From a virus: DNA of 64,000 nucleotides. A model generated the notes under the pieces. It did no database searches. It saw only the letters and a list, made by a program, of their open reading frames with translations, and was not told where the DNA came from. The stretch lies in the IMG/VR virus record IMGVR_UViG_3300045258_000102, positions 1 through 64,000 of that record, one strand, 5' to 3'. Each line of letters opens with the position of its first letter. The stretch's first letter is position 1. A program made the position numbers and the translations under genes. This document shows, in pieces, positions 46,024-54,466 of the stretch.

Positions 46024-46532
46024 GCTGCAAACCTCCGCTTGCGATTGGCAATCCGCCAGATCGTGGTTTTGGCGACGCCATATTTCTCAGCGAGGTCTTT
46101 CCGAAGCTCGCCGGCTGCAAGGGCTGCGCGGACTTCGTCGACCTGAGCATCCGTAAGTTTCGCCGTTGGGTGCGACTCGCCACGTGGCATTACACCGAGC
46201 CGCCGGTTGTCGGCGTAGTTTTCTGCCGGCGTCCCCCACTTCAGGTTCTCGAGACGACAATCTGTTTTCTTGCCGTTCAGGTGGCGGCATTGCATTCCTT
46301 CTGGACAAGGCCCGGCGAACGACGTCAGCACCAAGCGATGTACGCGGAAGGTTTTGTATTTGCACGGCTCCGTCGAGAGATTGACGCTAAGGTAGCCTTT
46401 CTCGTTCACAGCTGGCTTCTTGATCTTCCAGGGGATCGGACGACGCCGCGTTGAGATGCAGGTCCAGACGCTGCCGTCGTTGCCTACGCGGTAACCGGGG
46501 TGGCCAGGGATGTCGCGGTATTCAACGTCCAT
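46020..46532 (-). CDS. NUMOD4-HNH homing endonuclease
   Basis: EYRDIPGHPGYRVGNDGSV; CRHLNGKKTDCRLENLKWGT. Confidence 0.9.
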   Translation of the reverse strand: MDVEYRDIPGHPGYRVGNDGSVWTCISTRRRPIPWKIKKPAVNEKGYLSVNLSTEPCKYKTFRVHRLVLTSFAGPCPEGMQCRHLNGKKTDCRLENLKWGTPAENYADNRRLGVMPRGESHPTAKLTDAQVDEVRAALAAGELRKDLAEKYGVAKTTIWRIANRKRRFAA

Positions 46533-46540
46533 CTGCTTAT

Positions 46541-47329
46541 TTACGCAACGCTATTTTCAATGGCAGCGACCCTGCCGGCCTCGTCGAACTTGGAATACGC
46601 GTCGCTGAGAATGAAGTATCCGTTCACACCGTAGCTGCTTCCCCAACTATTGCGCCCCTTATAGACCCAGCGCTTCTTTGCGTCGTCCCACGCCAATCCG
46701 ACAAGGATAATTTCATGTTGCCAACGCGGAATTCCGACGGTGACCGCTTGGTTCTGCACCAGCGACGATCTGATCAGCTGGTGGTCATCCGGCTCGAATT
46801 CTTCGTAGGTCGTGATCCGGTGAAGGCTGGCGTTTTGGACGATTTCTGGTGTAGCAACGCCTTTGAATTGCATCGGCGGCCACATCGCCTCGACGCATGT
46901 GCCATTCTCGGCGCACCACTTCACGTCTTGGATACCGGAGCCGCCTTCGTTTCTTCCGTGCTTGATTTGAGAGCATGGGTAGAACGACGAGAGAATCTTT
47001 ACTGGCGCGCCAGTTTCGACAATAGCTAGTTCCATGCCGTGCACCGGCGCATGACCCCAGCAATATGAACTCGATTTTTGGTCCTTGGGCGGCAGGCCGG
47101 CGCGGTCGGCGATGTCGCACATCCACGACTTATTCGTCGTCTTATCCTTGGCTGCCTCATCGATTTCCTTGTCAGTCAGCCGCTTGATCGTCGGCGCCTG
47201 CGCACACTTCAATCCATTGAGCGGGAACGCTTGGTAGTCGCGCTCGACGTATCCTGTGCCGTGATCCCTGAGCTCGGCCGGCCGGGCGTAGGCTTCGTCA
47301 ACGACTGGCAGTCCGTCGATAGTCTTCAT
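46541..47329 (-). CDS. Papain-like cysteine peptidase (C1 family)
   Basis: DQKSSSYCWGH (Gln oxyanion residue and catalytic Cys), HEIILVG (His), RNSWGSSYGVNGYF (Asn). Confidence 0.9.
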   Translation of the reverse strand: MKTIDGLPVVDEAYARPAELRDHGTGYVERDYQAFPLNGLKCAQAPTIKRLTDKEIDEAAKDKTTNKSWMCDIADRAGLPPKDQKSSSYCWGHAPVHGMELAIVETGAPVKILSSFYPCSQIKHGRNEGGSGIQDVKWCAENGTCVEAMWPPMQFKGVATPEIVQNASLHRITTYEEFEPDDHQLIRSSLVQNQAVTVGIPRWQHEIILVGLAWDDAKKRWVYKGRNSWGSSYGVNGYFILSDAYSKFDEAGRVAAIENSVA

Positions 47330-47724
47330 CTTGCGTACTTTCGAATAAGTGCCTCGGCCGATTTCTCGTCCGCCGGCAACGCCGCTGAACCGGTGATCTT
47401 TTTTGCCGTGCCGACGGTCAGCCAATCCGGGGACTTGCGGCCAGGGTCATCCATCAGGGCTTTGAATTCTGGTTGGTCGTCGTTGAATGTGGCCACCGAA
47501 CTAACGATTCGATAGCGCCCCTTGCCGATCTCCGCGTCGCATACGTCGAGGAACGCCTGGTTGTCCAGAAACTTCGGCTTGTCGTCCACGTCGTAGGTTA
47601 CGACGGCGCTCGGCTTGCCGAAGATTGTTCCGTTCGGAGGGGTGGCGCCGTGCGGCTGCAGGATGTGCACCAGCCCCACAAAGATGACCGCGAGAGCGAT
47701 TTGAACGCGCAAGAGCTTCAGCAT
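47326..47724 (-). CDS. Exported protein coupled to the C1 peptidase gene
   Basis: N-terminal TM/signal; ATGA overlap with the peptidase. Confidence 0.65.
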   Translation of the reverse strand: MLKLLRVQIALAVIFVGLVHILQPHGATPPNGTIFGKPSAVVTYDVDDKPKFLDNQAFLDVCDAEIGKGRYRIVSSVATFNDDQPEFKALMDDPGRKSPDWLTVGTAKKITGSAALPADEKSAEALIRKYAR

Positions 47725-47822
47725 GTGGCACCTATTGTTGCACCGTGTCGAAGTGCTGGATGATCTTCACGAGCACTACGATGATCAGGATGCTTGTGAC
47801 GAATCCGAACATGATATTTGCC

Positions 47823-48002
47823 TCAGCAACAGAAATAGATCACGGCTCCGATGACGCTGACCACGATCAGCACAACGGAGCCGATCAAGTACCACTTGGC
47901 GCCGCGGCCCGGGTCGTCGGCCGGATTGTGGACAAAGCGACCTGTCGCCGGGTCGTGGAGCGGAGCGCTATGTTCGGGGTGTGGGTGTTGTTCGGCGGTC
48001 AT
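47823..48002 (-). CDS. Small single-TM protein
   Basis: MTAEQHPH...WYLIGSVVLIVVSVIGAVIYFCC. Confidence 0.55.
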   Translation of the reverse strand: MTAEQHPHPEHSAPLHDPATGRFVHNPADDPGRGAKWYLIGSVVLIVVSVIGAVIYFCC

Positions 48003-48006
48003 GGCT

Positions 48007-48804
48007 TTACCCCGGGTAAATGGCGACTTTGATCGGCGAATAGAGCAGTGACTCGAACATGTCGGCCGGCGTGGTGAGGTATGGCGATCGACTCGGCACG
48101 GGATCGCAACCGCCGGCAACATCCCATTGCTTCTGGGCGTCGGAGCAGTACGGCGGGTACTTGGCAAAGTAGGCGTCGACGTCCTTGCGCTTGCGGAGCC
48201 AGATGAAATACGCCAGTTCTCGGAAGCCGACAATATGCGTGAGGGCCTCGAAGCCGACGGCCAGCCGACCATAGGGCGTCCCGACCAACGCCAGCGCGGC
48301 GTCGACAGCTTTCCGCGTGTCGAACTCGGGGAACTTGGCGTGGTTGATCGGCGCCACGTAGTACTTTCCCGGGTTGTCGCCGACCTCGTCCTCGAAGTTC
48401 TTGTTCCGGCCCCCGTGGAATTCGACGACATCAAGCAAGCGGATCTCGCCGCTGCGTCTCCGCTGCAGCATTCCCGCGTGCGACACGCCGGAAAATGTGC
48501 CAATTCGTATTGCGTACGAATGGAAGGCGGTGCCGGCGTACCACATTCCCCAGGCTGAAGTAATCGACGGCGCGATGTCGCTATAGCGCGCGGCGTAATG
48601 GGTTGGCGCGTCTGGGTGCCAATTTGGCCCGACGCGAAACTTGTCGGCCAGCACGCCGTAGTCCTCGAACAGTCGCTCGTGTGAGAACACGCTCTCACTC
48701 GACGCTTCGAGCGGCAGCCGTGGCAAACTCGCGAAGTGGTCGGTGCCGATCATGCTGTTGGCGGCGATCCAAAGCCTGGCGAAGAGGAGTGCGCGGGAGT
48801 TCAT
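48007..48804 (-). CDS. Permuted papain-like (NlpC/P60, YiiX/C92-like) enzyme
   Basis: SHAGM (His), LVGTPYG, YCSD (Cys), TTPADM. Confidence 0.75.
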   Translation of the reverse strand: MNSRALLFARLWIAANSMIGTDHFASLPRLPLEASSESVFSHERLFEDYGVLADKFRVGPNWHPDAPTHYAARYSDIAPSITSAWGMWYAGTAFHSYAIRIGTFSGVSHAGMLQRRRSGEIRLLDVVEFHGGRNKNFEDEVGDNPGKYYVAPINHAKFPEFDTRKAVDAALALVGTPYGRLAVGFEALTHIVGFRELAYFIWLRKRKDVDAYFAKYPPYCSDAQKQWDVAGGCDPVPSRSPYLTTPADMFESLLYSPIKVAIYPG

Positions 48805-49307
48805 TACACCCCGACTGGTCGAGGCGCCGCCGAACTTGGCGTCGCTGGTGCCGGAATAAGCGGCGAGTTGATCGGTTGCTGGGCGAGGCCCGTCACGCCG
48901 ACGCTTTGGCCGATCTTCGCCTGAATGACCTTGATCGCGGCCGCGACGTCAGGGTCTGCGCCGCCAAGCTGGCGTTGCATGACCATCGTCACGTCCATCC
49001 AGAAGATACGCTTGACGTCGTCCAGCGTAATTCCCAGCTGCTGGGCGACTTCGCTGCTGTTGAGCTTGTAAAGCAGGGCGTCGACGTCGGCGATCCCGGT
49101 CACGGCTGGCGGAGTGGTGCCATCGGACGCCGTTGCCGACTTCGACGCGACAGCGTCGGTTGCCGGCACCGCGGCCTTATTCTTCTTGTAAGCCATGAAG
49201 CCCAGGAAAGCGGCAGCAGCAACAATCGCCCAGGTGACGGGGTTCGTCAGGATCGCGCTGTCGAGCACCAATTCGGCGGGGCTGGGGACGAGAATCAAGG
49301 AAGGCAT
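48804..49307 (-). CDS. Single-TM hypothetical protein
   Basis: SD AGGAG; TM segment WAIVAAAAFLGFMAY followed by KK. Confidence 0.65.
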   Translation of the reverse strand: MPSLILVPSPAELVLDSAILTNPVTWAIVAAAAFLGFMAYKKNKAAVPATDAVASKSATASDGTTPPAVTGIADVDALLYKLNSSEVAQQLGITLDDVKRIFWMDVTMVMQRQLGGADPDVAAAIKVIQAKIGQSVGVTGLAQQPINSPLIPAPATPSSAAPRPVGV

Positions 49308-49317
49308 GACGGCTCCT

Positions 49318-49560
49318 TTAGCTTGAGAGTAGTTTCTTCACTTCGACCTCGATCGCCCGATCGTTCTTCGGCTTGAAGACGCCGGCAATCTCCCGCTCCA
49401 CGAGGTTGCTGGCCGCGTCGTCGAGCGCTTTCTGGCCAAGTTTCTGCAAGAAGGCGATCAATTCTTCCGGCGTGTGGCCCAGGTCGATGACCATTTTGAG
49501 CGCGTGGCCCAGGGCAGATTCGATGTTGACGGCGGCGTCTTTTGGTGGATTCCCGGACAT
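49318..49560 (-). CDS. Hypothetical protein
   Basis: Start MSGNPPKD. Confidence 0.55.
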   Translation of the reverse strand: MSGNPPKDAAVNIESALGHALKMVIDLGHTPEELIAFLQKLGQKALDDAASNLVEREIAGVFKPKNDRAIEVEVKKLLSS

Positions 49561-49638
49561 GGCATCACGACTGCGCTGATACGGGGGGTCAGCTTTCAGC
49601 CTGACGCTACGATTTGGGAGCGTCAAGTTGGGCCATGG

Positions 49639-49902
49639 CTAGCGTGGCTGCGATGCTGCGGTGATGGGCGACCATTCGCCACAAACATCGTTGCCGGCGG
49701 TACAAGGAAAGTGCCAATCAAATGGGCAATCGCCCTCTGGCTCGCTATCCGTGGTCTGTGACACATAGCACATTGGCGGATAACGCTTACACAGCCCTAC
49801 ATTCCCGGAGTCAAAATTCCCAGAGCTGTCCAAGGTATCGTCCTGCGCCCAATGCGCGCATGTATCACATCGCAACGGCGGTTTCGGGGTGTCGTCGTTC
49901 AT
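49639..49902 (-). CDS. Cys-rich phage protein (CDTCAHW...CKRYPP...CGEW)
   Basis: Typical phage motif; ATGA-coupled. Confidence 0.7.
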   Translation of the reverse strand: MNDDTPKPPLRCDTCAHWAQDDTLDSSGNFDSGNVGLCKRYPPMCYVSQTTDSEPEGDCPFDWHFPCTAGNDVCGEWSPITAASQPR

Positions 49903-50345
49903 CTCAGTCCTCCGTCGTGCTGGGGCTCATCGGGATGGGAAGGGGCTCGAAGGATCGTGGGTCGCGACTGGGAGTCGTTGTACATTTCTTCTGCGATCAC
50001 CTCAGCGCCGTCGGCGTCAATCGTGCCGTCCTCTCCCATCTCGTCGCTCGATACACCTACGAGGTGTTGAGACATCGCTTTGACGAATTCGTGCTGCCGC
50101 ATTCCAGTGATAATCGCCACGCCCATGCTGTCGGCCCATTTCTCAAACACGAGTGGTTCACAATTGAATTCGCCATCTTGGTACTCTCGGTACAGCGAAT
50201 GCGTTTCGTCGATCTCCTCAATAGAAATTCCTGGCGGCGCATCGCAGCTCGTACAATGGCCGGAAAGCGTAATGATGTACAGCAACTTATCAGGCCCAAG
50301 TAGCCGGTATCGCTCGTCCATCGACGTACATCCACATTCACACAT
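49899..50345 (-). CDS. Hypothetical acidic protein
   Basis: SD GAGG; CECGC N-terminus. Confidence 0.65.
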   Translation of the reverse strand: MCECGCTSMDERYRLLGPDKLLYIITLSGHCTSCDAPPGISIEEIDETHSLYREYQDGEFNCEPLVFEKWADSMGVAIITGMRQHEFVKAMSQHLVGVSSDEMGEDGTIDADGAEVIAEEMYNDSQSRPTILRAPSHPDEPQHDGGLR

Positions 50346-50490
50346 TTTTCAACCTCACTTTTTCATCAGCAAGAATATAGTTCGATGTGCCACGGCCCTG
50401 AACGATGCCGTTGCGACCACCTGAATCGTTAATTGCTTTTGCTTCGCCATCACTTCCCCTCCCCGGCCGCCGCCTCGTAAATAACGTCCA

Positions 50491-50664
50491 TTACCCACCT
50501 CCCTTGCATCGCTGTGCAGTCCAGTCGTGGGCTCGCTGTGCCCACTTCGGCTCCCACGGGAATGCCAACAGCGGGTGAATCAATAGGTTGTGAACGAACT
50601 TCCAAAAGTACCAACTGCCGTTTCTGTTCATGGTGAGTTTGATTGGTGTGATTGGCTTATTCAT
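50491..50664 (-). CDS. 57-aa phage protein (HNLLIHPL...HDWT)
   Basis: Manual translation; SD GGAG; below the ORF-track cutoff. Confidence 0.55.
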   Translation of the reverse strand: MNKPITPIKLTMNRNGSWYFWKFVHNLLIHPLLAFPWEPKWAQRAHDWTAQRCKGGG

Positions 50665-50764
50665 TGCTCATCTCCACATCTGATATTCAGATGTTCGGTG
50701 GCTACGCACTCTGTCATTTTCCAACTCCTGGGATATGTTGTTCTAGGGCGCTAACACACTTAAA

Positions 50765-51034
50765 TTACCACGCATAATGAATATACGTCCCGCCCGCGGT
50801 CGAATACCAAAAACTCAAATGGCCGTCATCGCAACCATAATGCCATGAGTACGCAATGCCGCAGTGAAAAGAAGAGCTGTCGCGAATCTTCAGTTCCACG
50901 TATCCGAACCCGCTATCGGCTGACGCCGTTCGCGTCTCGACCTTGAATAAGATCGACAGTGGTGGCGGATTAGGAAACCCGGCCCCGATAGACAAGGCCA
51001 ATAGTAACGACCAAAGGTATGTCATAACGCCCAC
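50765..51034 (-). CDS. Small exported hypothetical protein
   Basis: Signal-peptide-like N-terminus. Confidence 0.45.
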   Translation of the reverse strand: MGVMTYLWSLLLALSIGAGFPNPPPLSILFKVETRTASADSGFGYVELKIRDSSSFHCGIAYSWHYGCDDGHLSFWYSTAGGTYIHYAW

Positions 51035-51062
51035 TGTGGCATCATCGCACGGTTAAGACTGC

Positions 51063-51458
51063 TCAATTAAACACTGTTGGCACGCTCAAGTGCAGCGTCA
51101 CGTTCAGCGGAAGAGTTTTTTCCAGTTCCGCTGTGTCCTTGGCGAAGGTCGTCGTGAACCTCTTCGTAGACGATCCCACTCTCGTTTTGTCGCCTGGGCT
51201 AATCGATAATTCCTCAATGCCGTCATGCGGTAACGCGAACACAGCGTAGCCAGTACATGCCGGCACTTCACGGTTTAGTACGAGTGTAAGGTTCATGAGC
51301 TTTGGGCTGACGGGGGTTGTGACGACGTTCTCGATCGCCACGATCTGAAGACCTGCTTCCCTCGTCGGCAAGGCGTGCTCGGTCACAATTGTCTGCATAT
51401 CCTTATCCCAAATGAGCCTGCTATGCCCGGTGCGTCTCTGTTGCCTGTTGTCTGACAT
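51063..51458 (-). CDS. Hypothetical protein
   Basis: In-operon ORF. Confidence 0.55.
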   Translation of the reverse strand: MSDNRQQRRTGHSRLIWDKDMQTIVTEHALPTREAGLQIVAIENVVTTPVSPKLMNLTLVLNREVPACTGYAVFALPHDGIEELSISPGDKTRVGSSTKRFTTTFAKDTAELEKTLPLNVTLHLSVPTVFN

Positions 51459-51609
51459 ATCGATTCCACGCTTTCTTGGACTCCGTTAGGTTTCTTCCCG
51501 GCTGGCCATTGCGATCATGCTTATCGGCTAGGCATCCAGTCACGAACAGACCGGAGGAGCTCATCGTAGTCGGCTGTTTTCCGCAGATTGGACAGTTATA
51601 AGTTTTCAT
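51421..51609 (-). CDS. Lar-like restriction-alleviation Zn-ribbon protein
   Basis: CPICG...C...AWNR motif. Confidence 0.55.
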   Translation of the reverse strand: MKTYNCPICGKQPTTMSSSGLFVTGCLADKHDRNGQPGRNLTESKKAWNRYVRQQATETHRA

Positions 51610-52846
51610 TGCGATGCGTCAGGTATATAGGTGCCTTCGGATTGGTGTCACGCGAAGCCAAATTGCACTCGACTTGTAGTTTCATCCCTGCTCTCCACGA
51701 GGTGGCGAGGGCGGCTTTCCACTGTTTCAAGGCTTCGCGCGCGGTGAATTGAATCGCGCACCAAACGCAATCAGTCCTATTCGCATTCTGGTCGCATCCA
51801 TGCGTCGCCCCATGCTCGATGATTTCCAACGCCTTGGCCAAGCCCTCCGCCGCCTCTCTCAGTTGTGCCAGTGCTGGGGCTGGGGTGGCAGCACCGTCAC
51901 GATAGCCTGCGTGGTAGAATCCCGGCGCTCCTAATGATCCTGGGTGTTTAGCCTTCCACGCCCTTTCGATTTCTTCTTCGTCTGGTGTCACTGCTGGGGC
52001 TGGGGTGGCTGCTCGTAGCTTCGCCCGTAGTCGTCCGATGTGGTCGATTAGTTGGGCGACATCCTCCTGCGAAATTAAATGGCAGTCGCTATAGAAGTTG
52101 TTGATGACTTCGCTCAACCGTATTTCGGTCAACGGCTCGCTGTGCCAGATAAAGTAAATCGGATCATCTTCTCGGCTTGGCTCCGCATCCTCCGTGGTCG
52201 GCGTGGCTGCTGGGGCTGGCGATGCGAGGGCGGCGGAAACGCTCATCAATAATTGGCCGGCCTCAGACTCGCTACGATGCAATATCGGCTTCAATAGAAA
52301 CGCTTCGATTCGTTCCCTTAGCGATAGCGTATTTGCCGCAGCCGCCCGCAGCGCAACCAGCTCCCTTAACGCGGCGTCGATCATCGTGGCGCATTCTGGC
52401 TGGTATTCCGTCAGTCCAACGCCGCCGAGTATTGCGAACCACTTGGCGTAGTCGGCGGCCCGCTCATCTTGCAGTTGATTGATCCGTTGCTCCCCCGCTT
52501 CCCGCACCCCTGGCGAGCGGAGACTGGCGGCGATGGCTTTCACTCGTTCGCGATCTTTTCGAGCAAAAACCAGAACGTCGGTGAAATGTTCTATCAACCA
52601 CTCGGCGTCTGCGTCCGCATCGGGGGCGGCCGGCAGCGGAAGAGCGCGAACGGCGGCAAGGACTTCGGCAAGGTGTTCCAAAACCAGAGTGGCAATTATC
52701 GGCAGCTCCGGCAGTGCCGTTGCGGTAACAAACGCGTGGTATATGTTCGGATCGCCCTGATACGTGCGAACAAACCAGTCCTTGAACCACGGAGACGGAA
52801 ACCGCAGCTTCAATTGTTCCACGATCTGTTCTTGTAGGTCGCTCAT
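51596..52846 (-). CDS. Mosaic Ead/Ea22-like phage protein with ATPAPA linkers
   Basis: Short modules joined by repeated SPAPAATP/ATPAPA linkers. Confidence 0.6.
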   Translation of the reverse strand: MSDLQEQIVEQLKLRFPSPWFKDWFVRTYQGDPNIYHAFVTATALPELPIIATLVLEHLAEVLAAVRALPLPAAPDADADAEWLIEHFTDVLVFARKDRERVKAIAASLRSPGVREAGEQRINQLQDERAADYAKWFAILGGVGLTEYQPECATMIDAALRELVALRAAAANTLSLRERIEAFLLKPILHRSESEAGQLLMSVSAALASPAPAATPTTEDAEPSREDDPIYFIWHSEPLTEIRLSEVINNFYSDCHLISQEDVAQLIDHIGRLRAKLRAATPAPAVTPDEEEIERAWKAKHPGSLGAPGFYHAGYRDGAATPAPALAQLREAAEGLAKALEIIEHGATHGCDQNANRTDCVWCAIQFTAREALKQWKAALATSWRAGMKLQVECNLASRDTNPKAPIYLTHRNENL

Positions 52847-53088
52847 GTCGGCCTCCACTTTTCTAGCATTGCCTTTGCTTCTGTTTGATGATGCTTGTAG
52901 ACGTACTCCTTGGCGCAGAAGTATTCCATTGCACGTTCCACCACTTCCCAGGGGACCATGCGCGCGTGGTTGGCGGCGATCATCCGCAGAGTCTCCCGGT
53001 CGAGTTCGCTCGCCATTCCCGCATCGGCACGGCGATTCATAAACGCAACCTCCAATGCTCTCTGCTCAACTGTCAGTGGGTCGCTCAT
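52843..53088 (-). CDS. Hypothetical protein
   Basis: ATGA-coupled. Confidence 0.6.
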   Translation of the reverse strand: MSDPLTVEQRALEVAFMNRRADAGMASELDRETLRMIAANHARMVPWEVVERAMEYFCAKEYVYKHHQTEAKAMLEKWRPT

Positions 53089-53726
53089 GCTTGCTCCGTA
53101 AGTGCAAGGGGTGAATTGGCCTCGAAGAATGCTGCGGCGAATCCGGCAGGCGTTTTCTCGCGCTCGCGTTTGTGGCTGCTGGACATGAACGCGATGCGGC
53201 CCTGGGTGCGTCCGTTGGGGGTGCGCCGAGTCGGCTCTGGTTCCACGGGTTCAACCACGGGCGGCTTCTGCGCCGTTCCCCAGATGTAAGTTTGCTTTCC
53301 CCACGGATCGCCGTATTCCCACGGTTGATACTGCCAGGCAGGTGGGCCAAGTTCTGGGACTAACTCGCGGTGCCGGCCCGGCGGATTCTCCATCGCCCAA
53401 AAGCCGGTCGCCATCTTGCACAACCGCAGACAGGCCCGCATGATCGACACGTCCCGTTGCGTCTGGCCCAACAAATCCATCTTAAACCACCAGCGAGCGC
53501 CGGGGCGGCAAAAGCAGGTGCATGGCGGAGCGGCCAGCACTGCCCACGGTCGATGTCCCATCACGAAGTCGCGCACGTCTCCGCCCACCCGCACCACGTT
53601 GCCTACCTGATGCGCTCCAGGCTTGTGGTCCAGGTCCACCATCACGACGCGACAACCGGCCTCAGCGTAGCGGCGCGACCATTCGCCCGAATAATCGCAC
53701 AAACTTAATACGAGTGGGTCGCTCAT
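53085..53726 (-). CDS. Phage C5-cytosine DNA methyltransferase-like protein
   Basis: Motif I variant VLSLCDYSG, motif IV LAAPPC, motif VI MENP; SD GAGGAG. Confidence 0.8.
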   Translation of the reverse strand: MSDPLVLSLCDYSGEWSRRYAEAGCRVVMVDLDHKPGAHQVGNVVRVGGDVRDFVMGHRPWAVLAAPPCTCFCRPGARWWFKMDLLGQTQRDVSIMRACLRLCKMATGFWAMENPPGRHRELVPELGPPAWQYQPWEYGDPWGKQTYIWGTAQKPPVVEPVEPEPTRRTPNGRTQGRIAFMSSSHKREREKTPAGFAAAFFEANSPLALTEQA

Positions 53727-53923
53727 GGCCTTACTCCTCGATTCAGAATGGTGGCAGAGTATTCGTGTGGTCTGATTGCATCTCGCTCGTAATACCTCCA
53801 GCGGTCTCGCCTTGGCTGTCGGTGTTCCTGATATTCCTCCAGGGATTCGTAGCAGTAAGGCGGCGGCGTTGCGAGTCGTCGATCCTCGCGGCATTTTGTG
53901 CAATTGCACATAGTCGTCCTCAA
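53723..53923 (-). CDS. Small hypothetical protein
   Basis: Coupled at both ends; CNCTKC. Confidence 0.45.
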   Translation of the reverse strand: MRTTMCNCTKCREDRRLATPPPYCYESLEEYQEHRQPRRDRWRYYERDAIRPHEYSATILNRGVRP

Positions 53924-54438
53924 ACTTCAAAGCCACGGTCTTTCAATATCTTGGCTACTTGAGCCTGAACCTGCGGACTTATCGGAACTACTTCCATGCT
54001 TGAATCGCTTGCGGTCGTTTCCTTCGATCCACAGGGCAGGTTGTTGAAGGTGTAATCGGCCGCAAGTTGATCGCCGTTCAGTCGCAAGAGTTTTGGATTG
54101 TCTATGCCGCAAATGGTTTCGACTTCAATTCGATCATCTCGCAACATTACAAACACGACTTTTGCATGAAACGAGCAATAACGACGCAACAACAAGTCAC
54201 CCGGCCTCAGCGGGCAATCCTTGCCGGTCCACGGCTTGTAGGTGGGCGCGGGCTTCATGGCGTCCGCATTTCCAGTATCACGAATCGCCATGATGAATCT
54301 AATGGCCACTTCCGCTACTTCCGGGTCACGCAATTGGTGCCCCAGTTTGCGCTCGTAAGTGAGCACGCGCTTTCTATTGACGAACAACATCTCGTTGTCT
54401 TCGCTATCCATAATCACTTCGATCTGGGGCGTGGGCAT
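53920..54438 (-). CDS. Hypothetical protein
   Basis: SD GGAG; start MPTPQIEV. Confidence 0.6.
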   Translation of the reverse strand: MPTPQIEVIMDSEDNEMLFVNRKRVLTYERKLGHQLRDPEVAEVAIRFIMAIRDTGNADAMKPAPTYKPWTGKDCPLRPGDLLLRRYCSFHAKVVFVMLRDDRIEVETICGIDNPKLLRLNGDQLAADYTFNNLPCGSKETTASDSSMEVVPISPQVQAQVAKILKDRGFEV

Positions 54439-54466
54439 GGCCTTACTCCGTGAATGGTGGGGGCGG

